A stretch of 64,000 nucleotides of DNA, from positions 62,001 through 126,000 of IMG/VR virus record IMGVR_UViG_3300032242_000723; one strand, given 5' to 3'. A program made the translations under genes and the position numbers. Within the stretch, counting starts at the first letter, position 1. Every line of letters begins with the position of its first letter. Of the stretch, positions 1 to 9,467 are shown piece by piece. The notes beneath the pieces are model-generated. The model worked only from the letters and a program-made list of their open reading frames with translations, was not told where the DNA came from and searched no databases.

Positions 1-303
1 AGTCGTATCATGAATTTCTATGCGAATGCCCAAGGACGTTCTAGGATGATGGGTGAAGCTTACAAGGCAAGGTTCATGCTGTTCACTACTGGCAAAGGGC
101 TGCACTACAAGCTAGAAGCTAATACCTTTGATGAAATTGAGGTCATCAACTTTAGTATGATCGACAAGAAAATTAACGGCAATCCTTTCTTTTGGAATGC
201 GTTCTTTATCAAAATGGGCTTGCCTGCAATTCCTATCGAATTTGTTAAGGACCCAGAATATTTGAGTTTAGAAGCTGAACTTGAATTAACCATTGACAAT
301 TGA
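1..303 (+). CDS. C-terminal fragment of an ORF entering from outside the window, function unknown
   Basis: Frame 1 is open from base 1 to TGA at 301-303; no diagnostic motif in the fragment. Confidence 0.6.
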   Translation, partial: SRIMNFYANAQGRSRMMGEAYKARFMLFTTGKGLHYKLEANTFDEIEVINFSMIDKKINGNPFFWNAFFIKMGLPAIPIEFVKDPEYLSLEAELELTIDN

Positions 304-357
304 TCAGTCTTCGTATATAGTACGAAGATAGTAACATCTTACACACAGAGAAAATTT

Positions 358-1497
358 ATGGATCTGGTAAAAATCAACGAAGTTATTAGCTATGTGAGGA
401 CTGGGTTTAAAGGTAAACGCTTTACTAATAACCCGTCTCCATTCACTCCTGCTCCTCTATCGAAAGAGATTCTAAACAAGATTCCTGACGTGTCGGGAAA
501 AATTGCCGTTTTCTTTACAGTTGAGTTTGCAGTTGAATTGCGGGTACGCGGCGCGGATGATGTGACGATCATTACTGAGCAACATTGCCCTGAAACAAAG
601 ATCATAGCTGACTATCTTGGTTATAAGTACATGTTGCTACAAGATGTAGAGGGAAACGATATGAAATTCGATGTGGTAGTTGGTAATCCGCCTTATCAAG
701 GTACAGCAGAAACACACCAAAAATTCTTCAACATGGCAGTTGAACTGACTAAGGACGGTGGTATAGTATCTTTCATACAACCTGCTACTCCGTACTTTAA
801 TAAAAAAGAAAAGGTCGGCAATCACACTACGGAAATGATCTCAAACATCAAAAAATATCGGTGTGAGGTAAAAATTGTTAGCGGATCAGTATTTGCGGCG
901 GCAAACATCAATACAGCCTTGGCTATTACGTTATTGACTAAGCTACCAAACACTGCAGGAAATTTAGTAAAATATGAGAGTGAATTGGGCAGGCAATATC
1001 AAAATATCAGTATTGACGCCATTAACATGTTAGATATGGATCCGATATTATACCAATCATTGGTAAATAAGGTATTTAACGTTGTTAATAAAAACGGTTC
1101 AATACAAGAGTTAATTACTACCGATCTATGCGAAAAAAAATTAGACATGAAGCAAATACGGGGAAATGCAGGGCGGCAAGATTTCTATACGTTGATTTCT
1201 CGTGATGCTACAAATTGGAAGGTAGATACTAAGTTTGAATACGGATTATCAGTCAGCGGAATAGCTGACGTTTCCTTTCTAACTAATTATCTAACTTCCT
1301 ACATCGCTAGGTTTTGTTTGTCTATATATAAATTTAATGCAAACAACCATCGAGGAGAACTGCGTAGTGTTCCTCAAGTCCCGTTTAATGTAGACTGGGA
1401 TGACAAAAAGCTTTGCACTTATTTTGGTATCACTGATATTGAGTATGCAGAGATCATTAGGTGTATTCCAGACTATCACGGAAAAAATGTGTCGTAA
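358..1497 (+). CDS. N6-adenine DNA methyltransferase-like protein (Eco57I/TaqI-type catalytic motif IV plus probable target-recognition region), SAM-binding motif I degenerate
   Basis: FDVVVGNPPY motif IV followed by FF..A..L.KDGG.VSFIQP; no DPxCGxG upstream. Confidence 0.75.
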   Translation: MDLVKINEVISYVRTGFKGKRFTNNPSPFTPAPLSKEILNKIPDVSGKIAVFFTVEFAVELRVRGADDVTIITEQHCPETKIIADYLGYKYMLLQDVEGNDMKFDVVVGNPPYQGTAETHQKFFNMAVELTKDGGIVSFIQPATPYFNKKEKVGNHTTEMISNIKKYRCEVKIVSGSVFAAANINTALAITLLTKLPNTAGNLVKYESELGRQYQNISIDAINMLDMDPILYQSLVNKVFNVVNKNGSIQELITTDLCEKKLDMKQIRGNAGRQDFYTLISRDATNWKVDTKFEYGLSVSGIADVSFLTNYLTSYIARFCLSIYKFNANNHRGELRSVPQVPFNVDWDDKKLCTYFGITDIEYAEIIRCIPDYHGKNVS

Positions 1498-1500
1498 ACT

Positions 1501-1947
1501 ATGCAAGTATCTAAGATAGTCGATCACATCCGCAACCGCTCGTACATGAGCGGAGTTGAACGAAGCAACCTAAGAGTGAAGGCTACCGGTGAAGTCTTCA
1601 CTCCAACTCCACTTGTTCAAGAGATACTAGATAAGTTGGATCCTATTCTGTTCACGGATCCAACTAAGACCTTTATCGACCCTAGTTGTGGCGATGGGCA
1701 ATTCTTAGGTGAAGTTCTTATCCGCAAGATAGAGAACGGTAGCACGTTTGAACAGGCATTAGGTACTATATATGGTGTCGATCTGATGCAAGACAACGTT
1801 GATCTATGTCGTGATAGATTACTATGCGGAAGAGAAGACCTCAGACACATTGTCGAAAAGAACATTGTGTGCCATGATGGACTTACGTATGACTATTCGT
1901 TCGGCGAGACCGTAGCGTTTGGCAATGGTTTCTTTAGCTTCACATAA
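1501..1947 (+). CDS. N6-adenine methyltransferase SAM-binding module (motifs X, I-III) without NPPY
   Basis: TGEVFTP motif X, FIDPSCGDGQFL motif I, IYGVDL, NIVCHDGL; protein ends before any NPPY. Confidence 0.8.
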   Translation: MQVSKIVDHIRNRSYMSGVERSNLRVKATGEVFTPTPLVQEILDKLDPILFTDPTKTFIDPSCGDGQFLGEVLIRKIENGSTFEQALGTIYGVDLMQDNVDLCRDRLLCGREDLRHIVEKNIVCHDGLTYDYSFGETVAFGNGFFSFT

Positions 1948-1997
1948 GGCTTGACATCTATCCATTAAGTGCGTATATTAAATGATCGAACGTTAAC

Positions 1998-2426
1998 ATG
2001 AAAGATTATTCAATGTCACTTTTCCGCCCCAAATGTGTCGTAGACGGCTGTAACAAATCAGGTCAACACACAGGTCAATATAGAGTAGATGGTACTGTTG
2101 TTTACCGAAAAAAGTGCGGTACACACCATTCAATGGCATATAAAATGGGAGATTGGGTGTACAAAATAAATCGCAAAGATTATTGTGAAAACATCGATGG
2201 TCGTTTGGGATTTGTATGCACTAGTACCATTATTGATATTGCTTGGCAACTGGATGTTGATCACATTGACGGAGACCCATCAAACAACGACCCTAGCAAT
2301 CATCAAACATTATGTAAGTGCTGTCACCCAATCAAGACTCGCAATGAGCGTGATTACATGACGCCAGGACGTAAAACATTGAAAGAGGCAACTACTTTCG
2401 GTAGCGGACTTTTCTGTGACGCTTAA
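1998..2426 (+). CDS. HNH endonuclease with Cys-rich N-terminus
   Basis: LDVDHIDGDPSNNDPSNHQTLCKCCH. Confidence 0.8.
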   Translation: MKDYSMSLFRPKCVVDGCNKSGQHTGQYRVDGTVVYRKKCGTHHSMAYKMGDWVYKINRKDYCENIDGRLGFVCTSTIIDIAWQLDVDHIDGDPSNNDPSNHQTLCKCCHPIKTRNERDYMTPGRKTLKEATTFGSGLFCDA

Positions 2427-2484
2427 GGCTTGACATCCAGCGCTATCCTTGCTATAATATGCGTATAAATAGAGAAAGCCTCAC

Positions 2485-3492
2485 ATGAAATATGCACTGA
2501 TCGACACTGCTAATACCTTCTTCCGAGCACGTCACGTTGCGTCTCGCAATACCGATACTTGGGAAAAGATCGGCATGGCAATGCATCTTACACTGTCGTC
2601 TGTCAATCAGATGGTTCGTAAGTTTGGCGTTGATCATGTTGTCTTCTGTCTTGAGGGTCGTTCATGGCGTAAGGATTTCTACAAGCCATACAAGGCCAAT
2701 CGTGTTAAGTCTGATGCGACTGAAGCAGAGATTGAAGAAAACAAGATGTTCTGGGAAACGTATGAAGCGTTTACTACGTTCATTAGCACTAAGACTAATG
2801 CGTCGGTGTTGCGTCATCCTAATGCAGAAGCAGATGACCTCATTGCTCGTTTCATCGCGTTGCATCCTGATGATGAACATTTCATTATCTCCAATGACAC
2901 TGACTTTGTGCAACTGATTGCAGCCAACGTCAAGCAATATAACGGCGTTGCTGGTCAACTGATCACGCTCGAAGGTTACTTTGATGATCGCGGTAAGCCT
3001 GTCAAGGACAAGAAGACTAAGGAACCTAAGTTGCTTGAGGATCCTGAATATCTACTGTTCAAGAAGATCATTCGTGGTGACGCTACTGACAATGTGTTTA
3101 GTGCATATCCAGGTGTCCGCGAGAAGGGCACTAAGAATAAGGTTGGCATTGTTGAAGCATATGCTGATCGTAACAAGCAGGGGTTCTCGTGGAATAACCT
3201 AATGTTACAAAGCTGGACTGATCACGATGATGTACAGCACAAGGTTATTGATGACTATCGTCGCAATCGCACACTGATTGACTTGACCGCACAGCCTGAC
3301 GAGATCAAGCAAGGTGTTGACCAAGTTATTCGTGAGGGTGTTCGCACTGAACCTGTGTCGCAGGTTGGCATTCACTTTATCAGGTTTTGTGGAAAATATG
3401 AGCTTACTAAGATTTCTGAACAGGCTGAGACTTATGCTAAGTGGCTAAACAACACATACAAAGGAGCGTTGTTAGATGCTGTCGTTGCGTGA
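2485..3492 (+). CDS. rnh: T4-type RNase H / 5'-3' flap exonuclease
   Basis: ALIDTAN, EGRSWRKDFYKPYKANR, EADDLIA, SNDTDFVQL, GDATDNV. Confidence 0.9.
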   Translation: MKYALIDTANTFFRARHVASRNTDTWEKIGMAMHLTLSSVNQMVRKFGVDHVVFCLEGRSWRKDFYKPYKANRVKSDATEAEIEENKMFWETYEAFTTFISTKTNASVLRHPNAEADDLIARFIALHPDDEHFIISNDTDFVQLIAANVKQYNGVAGQLITLEGYFDDRGKPVKDKKTKEPKLLEDPEYLLFKKIIRGDATDNVFSAYPGVREKGTKNKVGIVEAYADRNKQGFSWNNLMLQSWTDHDDVQHKVIDDYRRNRTLIDLTAQPDEIKQGVDQVIREGVRTEPVSQVGIHFIRFCGKYELTKISEQAETYAKWLNNTYKGALLDAVVA

Positions 3493-3805
3493 ACTTCAAA
3501 AAGTGTTTGCACCTACTAGGACATATGTTGGCCAAACAGTAAATCCAGGCTTTCGATTTGGAGAACTAAACATCACCTCATTCGGCCGCATGAACAGTAA
3601 CTATTGGTTTCAGATTAAAGGTATTTGGTATCATAAATCTGTTATTAGCGTCGCCTTGAGATGGTCGGCTGATATTGTAATCACAAAGGACGAGCACGGT
3701 GCGTTCAAATATATAAAATATCGTGGGCACGGTGATCTGCGACCACTGAATGAAGCAGAACTAAAAGAAATGGCTTGGATTATTCTTAGTGCGGAGAAAG
3801 CATAA
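3476..3805 (+). CDS. hypothetical protein
   Basis: 109-aa ORF overlapping neighbours in a co-directional run. Confidence 0.55.
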   Translation: MLSLRELQKVFAPTRTYVGQTVNPGFRFGELNITSFGRMNSNYWFQIKGIWYHKSVISVALRWSADIVITKDEHGAFKYIKYRGHGDLRPLNEAELKEMAWIILSAEKA

Positions 3806-4104
3806 TGGATGAGACTGAATATCTATGTAAAGATTGTAAGCACTGTGTCATGGACAAGTACGGGTTGATTACGTCCTTCGGAGGTCTGTTGGGCGTACAA
3901 GATTGGATGTTCAAATGCAGCAAGATCGTTTATCCTGCTAGGGTAATTGTTAATCCAGTATTCGGTAACGAGAAAATCAAAGAGAAACTTACATATTGCA
4001 GTATTGCCCGTAATAGCGAAAATTGTGGGCCAAATGCAAAATACTGGACACCAAAGCATAAGAAAGACCTGTTTAAGGCACTAACAAAGGAACGCAATGT
4101 CTGA
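3805..4104 (+). CDS. hypothetical Cys-rich protein
   Basis: CKDCKHC plus further Cys; TAATG coupling to upstream ORF. Confidence 0.65.
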   Translation: MDETEYLCKDCKHCVMDKYGLITSFGGLLGVQDWMFKCSKIVYPARVIVNPVFGNEKIKEKLTYCSIARNSENCGPNAKYWTPKHKKDLFKALTKERNV

Positions 4105-4552
4105 TTTAATCGCAAAGCCAATCGTTAAGAACCAGTTTTGGATCGTCACTGATGGTACCAAGAAGGTCGGCAATATTGAAGCCAACAACGCTGGATATGG
4201 TGTTCAAATCAATGGGCACACACTTCAGTTTGACAATACGACTGACCTAAAGAAGAAGACGCAGATCAGGTTTGAACCAATCAAGTCTAACAAGACTAAG
4301 GCTGCACTTCCTTATCCACAGTATCCCACACCCGCAAAGGTATACAACTCTGTGTTTGATGTAAAGCGTGGTTTGCATCTGTTCACTACTACATTAAAGA
4401 GTAAGTGTCAACACGCTGCTGGATGGTTCGTCATTGATCAAAACGGTGTGCAGACAACATCATTCTGTCCTAAGTATATCTTCATCCAGCGTTACCCTTA
4501 TGAAGGTCCCTTTAAAACGGAAAATGAAGCGAAATCTAAGATAAATATCTAG
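4097..4552 (+). CDS. hypothetical phage protein
   Basis: 151-aa ORF with AAGGA RBS, coupled to neighbours. Confidence 0.7.
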   Translation: MSDLIAKPIVKNQFWIVTDGTKKVGNIEANNAGYGVQINGHTLQFDNTTDLKKKTQIRFEPIKSNKTKAALPYPQYPTPAKVYNSVFDVKRGLHLFTTTLKSKCQHAAGWFVIDQNGVQTTSFCPKYIFIQRYPYEGPFKTENEAKSKINI

Positions 4553-4768
4553 ATGATGCTACATATAAAACGATTCATGGATAAGGTAGCAATGGTAGAA
4601 ACTAAAACGTCTAAAGATGTTGTTTTGCCTATTGCCGATGCTCGTGGATTACGCGATGAAGTAGCCAAGTTGTTAGCTGACCTATATGAGTTAAGTTCAA
4701 CACAACAAGCTACATCTAAGCAGGACGAAGTTATACAAGTTGAGATTCGAGGAGGAACATTCAAATGA
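4553..4768 (+). CDS. hypothetical protein
   Basis: 71-aa ORF, GATAAATA motif just upstream, ATGA overlap with next ORF. Confidence 0.65.
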   Translation: MMLHIKRFMDKVAMVETKTSKDVVLPIADARGLRDEVAKLLADLYELSSTQQATSKQDEVIQVEIRGGTFK

Positions 4769-5064
4769 GTAGAAATCAACCCAAGGTGCTACTAGAGTAC
4801 GTTGATAAGAAAACTTATAAGTGTGACCAAATCGTAGAAGCATCAGGTATCTGGGCAGTGTTTCTTGACGATCAACCAATCAATTTAAAATCCTCTCACT
4901 ATCTCAACAACGACTCCGCTCCTAAGTACAAGAAGACCAGCTTTTCTAATCCTGGCCATGCTAGGAACCTATGTCGCAAGTTGAACGCACAGTTTAAGTC
5001 AGATAAATTCACTGTAGTCTTTATGAACTCAGGAACCACTGTCTACCCAGATGATCTATCGTAA
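4765..5064 (+). CDS. hypothetical phage protein
   Basis: GAGGAGG RBS; 99-aa ORF. Confidence 0.7.
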   Translation: MSRNQPKVLLEYVDKKTYKCDQIVEASGIWAVFLDDQPINLKSSHYLNNDSAPKYKKTSFSNPGHARNLCRKLNAQFKSDKFTVVFMNSGTTVYPDDLS

Positions 5065-5440
5065 GAACAAATTTGAGATCGCGGCAACCGTCCTTGCTCA
5101 AATCGGGGACGATCCTGATAATCCTTGGAAAGACATATCAATAGATAAACTCGTATTTGCTTGGTGGGTTACCGGTAGAGCAGGCGATGGATTAAGATTG
5201 ACGGTCGAGGGGTCTAAAGCGTTCGAATATGCAAAGATAGCACACTATAATTTCCCGTTTGATAAAAGTGATCGTGTATGGACGGCTACTGGATGGGAAA
5301 GGTATGCTGTTGTTGTCAACAGAAAACTACAATGTCCTCATTTCATTTCGCATAACGTAGTACGAGTCTATGATCACAAAATCGCTATGCTATTAGGATT
5401 GTTTGGCTCGCTTACTGAATATATCGAAGTTCCTAAATAA
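5051..5440 (+). CDS. hypothetical protein
   Basis: 129-aa ORF in operon. Confidence 0.6.
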   Translation: MIYRKNKFEIAATVLAQIGDDPDNPWKDISIDKLVFAWWVTGRAGDGLRLTVEGSKAFEYAKIAHYNFPFDKSDRVWTATGWERYAVVVNRKLQCPHFISHNVVRVYDHKIAMLLGLFGSLTEYIEVPK

Positions 5441-5529
5441 AATACCCAAAACGTTTTACTAATGATAAATAATATCGTACACTGACAATGTAGTCAATGC
5501 TACACAACACACACAGAAAAGGAAATAAA

Positions 5530-5634
5530 ATGACTAATAAAAATATAACCCGATTTGCCAGCCGTGCTGGTAACACTGTACTCGGTGCAACTTGTTTGTT
5601 CCTCGTACTCGCTGTCGCTTCATTAGCATTATAA
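5530..5634 (+). CDS. 34-aa peptide with hydrophobic C-terminus (not in ORF track)
   Basis: AAGGA RBS, MTNKNITRFASRAGNTVLGATCLFLVLAVASLAL. Confidence 0.5.
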   Translation: MTNKNITRFASRAGNTVLGATCLFLVLAVASLAL

Positions 5635-5646
5635 GGAGCACACATT

Positions 5647-5904
5647 ATGGAAATGCCAAAACTCCCAGAAGTTAAGTTTACCAAGAACGGTTATGAGATC
5701 AGAGCCGATGTCCTAGAAATGGCTAGAAATCTTGTCACTGAAGAATATCGTGCCAAGTATATGGGATGGGAAGTATCTCAGGAACGTGATTCAAAGACTG
5801 GTCAGATTATAACTAGTGTCGCTATGCCAGAGTTTCCTGGACTTGAAAAGGTTCTTGAGACTGCACAGAAGATGTATGATTTCGTAAATCAATCTCGTAA
5901 GTAA
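5647..5904 (+). CDS. hypothetical phage protein
   Basis: AAGGAG RBS; 85-aa ORF. Confidence 0.7.
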   Translation: MEMPKLPEVKFTKNGYEIRADVLEMARNLVTEEYRAKYMGWEVSQERDSKTGQIITSVAMPEFPGLEKVLETAQKMYDFVNQSRK

Positions 5905-5925
5905 TCTCACTAAACCGGAGACAGT

Positions 5926-6249
5926 GTGATGCCATATACTCTAACTGATGCAATCAAAGATGAGATTAAAACTCTCGAGGATATGTCAGCATGGGAAAGC
6001 GATTTCGGCGGTGGTAAGCTTTGGCCGATGATATTTACATCTTTGGCCGAAAGTTTAGACCGTATCTCTCAACGCATGGAGGGAAAGGACTGGCGCGTTA
6101 CGGCGGATCCTAAAGAGCCCAGTAAGTATTATCTGAAGGGAATCAAGACTAATCGCAAGACCCTTGAAGAAGAATATCCTGCTCTTCGTACAGCCGCTGA
6201 ACGATATGATCTTATTAAAACTCTAGTGGATTCTACTACAGACGAGTAA
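5926..6249 (+). CDS. hypothetical protein
   Basis: GGAG RBS; 107-aa ORF. Confidence 0.6.
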   Translation: MMPYTLTDAIKDEIKTLEDMSAWESDFGGGKLWPMIFTSLAESLDRISQRMEGKDWRVTADPKEPSKYYLKGIKTNRKTLEEEYPALRTAAERYDLIKTLVDSTTDE

Positions 6250-6253
6250 ATGA

Positions 6254-6820
6254 CTACTTACGACTAAACTTGCCCCAGGCATGACCTATTAGGCAGTATC
6301 GGGTTCCGGATATGACTTCAGTAACTTTATGTAATACATAAGGTGGAAAGAATATCCCGGACCCGATATTCCTAATTGCACAGTAATCTTTAATATATAA
6401 ATCTCCACCTTCATAACTATCAGATTCACTTAGTTGAATAGTAAGATTTAACTTACGTTGCTGGGTCATATTAGCTGAACCGTGGGTATCAATATGCTCT
6501 CCAAAGCTGTCACCTGTTTGGTATTCTTTAATCTCGTAGTATTCAATAAATGAAATGTCGTATCCATTTGCATCAGCGTGAGATTTCCAGATTGGATCTA
6601 GTATCTCATAAATAGGATGGGTAAGATCGAATATTAGGCAAGTAGTAAACGATGCTGTTACGTTAGAACTCTTGCTACCTCTACGGTGAAAGCCGTCATT
6701 GTTTATTGCAAGTTGTATAAGGCTTTCGGCCATTTCAGAAGTTATTAGGTTATCATACTCAATGATATGTCCGTCAAGCGACATATCTATATCAGGCTTC
6801 ATTCTAATTCGATAATGCAT
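6254..6820 (-). CDS. 2OG-Fe(II) oxygenase (prolyl-4-hydroxylase/PKHD type)
   Basis: HID (HxD), RKLNLTIQLS..DSYEGGDL, FFPPYVLHKVTEVISGTRY. Confidence 0.85.
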   Translation of the reverse strand: MHYRIRMKPDIDMSLDGHIIEYDNLITSEMAESLIQLAINNDGFHRRGSKSSNVTASFTTCLIFDLTHPIYEILDPIWKSHADANGYDISFIEYYEIKEYQTGDSFGEHIDTHGSANMTQQRKLNLTIQLSESDSYEGGDLYIKDYCAIRNIGSGIFFPPYVLHKVTEVISGTRYCLIGHAWGKFSRK

Positions 6821-6860
6821 ATTCTATTTATTAGGCTTAGCTAATCTTAATAAATACATC

Positions 6861-7844
6861 ATGACAATACAAACCTGGTTTACTGGATATAATAACTTCC
6901 AAAAACTTACCCTATTATCAGGTCAAGGGGAAAATCAGTTTATTACGGAAATGGTTGATGTAGAGACACAGCCTTTTCAGACTATACAAGAAACGTTTGC
7001 TGCTCATCTTACTGGTGCTACTCATCCAGTAGAAGTATTATACAGCGGTGGTATGGACAGTGAATTCGTACTTAAAGTATGCCTGCAAAACAAAACACCT
7101 GTCACTGCAATTACAATGAGATTGATGTTTCGGGGAAGCCCTATTAACGTTCAGGATCTGTATTATGCTGAAAAGTTTTGCAGAGAAAATAGTGTTTCTC
7201 ATAAGATAGTAGATTTAGATTATGAACCATTCTTTAAGAACGGTGACTATGCTAAATATTTGGATCCTTATCTATTAACATTCTATTCAACTGCTACTCA
7301 ATTATGGTTATTAACACAATGCGATCATTTTCCTATAATAGGCGGAGGGTATACGTGGCCTCAAATTAACATCGGTAAAAAGATATTCAGTCCAATTCGC
7401 AACGAAGCTGCATTCTTTGATGTGTTTATGCGAGATAATGGCATTACAGGCATAGGTAACATGCTTGGACATAGTTTAGAATCAAATATTATGCTAGCAA
7501 AAGAACATGTAAAGGTGTATCTTAATGACCCTGAAAATGTACTAGGAGACGAGTTGAAGATAAGAGTTTTGAAACAACGAATGTGGGAGAATTTAGGAAT
7601 AGGGAATCTTGAGTTTAGACATAGATTTAATGGCTGGGAGATGTACCCGCGACTTAATGACTGGTACAACATAATGGATCCAGTTGAAGCATCGTTAAAG
7701 CGAAACAACTTAACTATCAGTACCATTAAATGGGGCCAAAAATTAGCAGATGCAATAGGGGGTGATTCTGGTGAAAACTCAGATTTTGGCGCAGGTGATG
7801 CAGAGCTATTAGCAAAGGTCAGGCAGATAATTAATTCCCAATAA
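6861..7844 (+). CDS. PP-loop (adenine nucleotide alpha-hydrolase-like) protein
   Basis: VLYSGGMDSE near N-terminus; TAAATA motif upstream. Confidence 0.6.
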   Translation: MTIQTWFTGYNNFQKLTLLSGQGENQFITEMVDVETQPFQTIQETFAAHLTGATHPVEVLYSGGMDSEFVLKVCLQNKTPVTAITMRLMFRGSPINVQDLYYAEKFCRENSVSHKIVDLDYEPFFKNGDYAKYLDPYLLTFYSTATQLWLLTQCDHFPIIGGGYTWPQINIGKKIFSPIRNEAAFFDVFMRDNGITGIGNMLGHSLESNIMLAKEHVKVYLNDPENVLGDELKIRVLKQRMWENLGIGNLEFRHRFNGWEMYPRLNDWYNIMDPVEASLKRNNLTISTIKWGQKLADAIGGDSGENSDFGAGDAELLAKVRQIINSQ

Positions 7845-7857
7845 GGCACGATTTTGG

Positions 7858-7886
7858 TTGACTTCATTTACCCGATTTGTTATATT
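7858..7886 (+). promoter_or_regulatory. early sigma70-type promoter
   Basis: TTGACT-17-TATATT; 46-bp block nearly identical to 8144-8189. Confidence 0.8.
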
Positions 7887-7924
7887 CAATCATAGACAGC
7901 AACACACAGACGGAGACACAAAAG

Positions 7925-8134
7925 ATGCAATTCCAAAAGATTTTCAAACTCCGCGTTATATACAAGAGCGGATATGCCATTGATTTTGAAGTGACTGAAT
8001 ATGAAATCAATGCTTCACGGATGTCATGGGTCTCTGCTGATGTTAACACACGGCCCCTTCATCTGAACTATGATGAAGTCTCTGCGGTATGGAAGGTCGG
8101 AGAGCGCAGCCGCCTCAAATTTTTCGGGAAATAG
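7925..8134 (+). CDS. hypothetical early protein
   Basis: GGAG RBS after promoter cassette; ATG 7925 preferred over track start. Confidence 0.6.
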   Translation: MQFQKIFKLRVIYKSGYAIDFEVTEYEINASRMSWVSADVNTRPLHLNYDEVSAVWKVGERSRLKFFGK

Positions 8135-8145
8135 AAAAATATCGG

Positions 8146-8174
8146 TTGACTTCATTTACCCGATTTGTTATATT
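8146..8174 (+). promoter_or_regulatory. early sigma70-type promoter
   Basis: TTGACT-17-TATATT. Confidence 0.8.
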
Positions 8175-8202
8175 CAATTATAGACAGCAACGGAGACGAG
8201 AC

Positions 8203-8487
8203 ATGTACGAACTCAATCAATATATCGCTACTGCTAATCGTGCCGAGAAGCAACTTGGTCAGACCGAGTACGACCTCAACATCTTCTGGCACCGTGTTGC
8301 CCTTTCACGCAAGATTCTGCAAGACCTTGAGCCCGAGAACCTGTCATGTGACGGTGAGTTTGCACCAGGTGGCTGGCGTGCTCGTCAACGCGAAATGTTC
8401 CTGACTCGTGCCCTTGAACAACTTGATAATGTAGAAGAGCATCTCAGCATGGGCGCGGCAGCACCGATTGGATACTACAATGGGTAG
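8203..8487 (+). CDS. hypothetical early protein
   Basis: GGAG RBS, ATG at 8203. Confidence 0.6.
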   Translation: MYELNQYIATANRAEKQLGQTEYDLNIFWHRVALSRKILQDLEPENLSCDGEFAPGGWRARQREMFLTRALEQLDNVEEHLSMGAAAPIGYYNG

Positions 8488-8692
8488 GCCAATGGGCAAG
8501 GTCGGTGATGGCGATATTCCTAATCCTGAAAAGACCACTGAAAGTAAGTACCCTACTGCATTGTTCTGGAATCGTTGCGGTTTGGCTGTGATCATTCTAT
8601 TCACATTAGTCGGTATCGGAACCTGTCGTGCCCTCGTCGGTGTGCCTGTTGTTGAATACGACTCCCCTGCCGTTATCGGCGACAAAACATAA
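8480..8692 (+). CDS. small membrane protein
   Basis: One hydrophobic stretch GLAVIILFTLVGIG. Confidence 0.5.
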   Translation: MGRPMGKVGDGDIPNPEKTTESKYPTALFWNRCGLAVIILFTLVGIGTCRALVGVPVVEYDSPAVIGDKT

Positions 8693-8707
8693 TATAGGAA
8701 AATAGCA

Positions 8708-8920
8708 ATGCCTTCTGAAACACCACGTATGCCATACGAAACACACGAACGCCTTCTCAGTCAAGGTGGTAACGGACATCTTCCCTTGCTATCAGGTGAA
8801 GTTGCTTGGATGCACCGAAGCAAGATGGCTCGTACTCGCGATGCCCGCATCTTCCTGTCCGGTACCATTGTTGGTGTTGTCGCACTGGTCGCTAGCCTAG
8901 CGTTTATGATGAACCAATGA
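8708..8920 (+). CDS. small protein with C-terminal transmembrane helix
   Basis: IFLSGTIVGVVALVASLAFMM; AGGA RBS. Confidence 0.55.
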   Translation: MPSETPRMPYETHERLLSQGGNGHLPLLSGEVAWMHRSKMARTRDARIFLSGTIVGVVALVASLAFMMNQ

Positions 8921-9411
8921 GTGATAACCTAGGTCCCTTAACCGTTGCCAACAGTCGGGCAGAACATGCTGAAATGAGGCTTGCTGGGGCGGCTAAAGCC
9001 TACAGTGATTTAGCTGACCAATTAGCCGCCGAACAGAAAAAGTCTGACCTCGCGATTGGTACGGTAGAAGGTCTAAAAGCTGATCTGTATGATGCGGTGC
9101 AGACTGCATACCATCGTGGTGCTGTTGATTGGGTTAAGTGGAACTATCCAAGGTACTATGATCAACTCAAGCACACTTCTCCCGTGTATGCTGATAGCCC
9201 AGCAAGTTCCAACGTTACCCTTGATGTCGCACTTAGCCTGTTACGAGAAGGTTCACAGACTGAAAAGGTCCAGGCATTTCTCGCAAGCGTAGAGCCTTCT
9301 GCTATAGCAAAGATCATTGAAGCTGAGAAGAACGGTGAATGGTCAGATCCGGTATCAGGTGAGAAGATGATAGAGACAATTAAATCCTGGGTTGACGAAA
9401 ATAATGGTTGA
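8917..9411 (+). CDS. hypothetical protein with N-terminal coiled-coil character
   Basis: ATGA overlap; 164-aa ORF. Confidence 0.6.
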   Translation: MSDNLGPLTVANSRAEHAEMRLAGAAKAYSDLADQLAAEQKKSDLAIGTVEGLKADLYDAVQTAYHRGAVDWVKWNYPRYYDQLKHTSPVYADSPASSNVTLDVALSLLREGSQTEKVQAFLASVEPSAIAKIIEAEKNGEWSDPVSGEKMIETIKSWVDENNG

Positions 9412-9436
9412 CATCAGATATCCGTTTTGCTATATT
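9408..9436 (+). promoter_or_regulatory. early sigma70-type promoter
   Basis: TTGACA-17-TATATT. Confidence 0.8.
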
Positions 9437-9467
9437 AAGTCATAGAGTGAAACACAGGAACTGAGCC

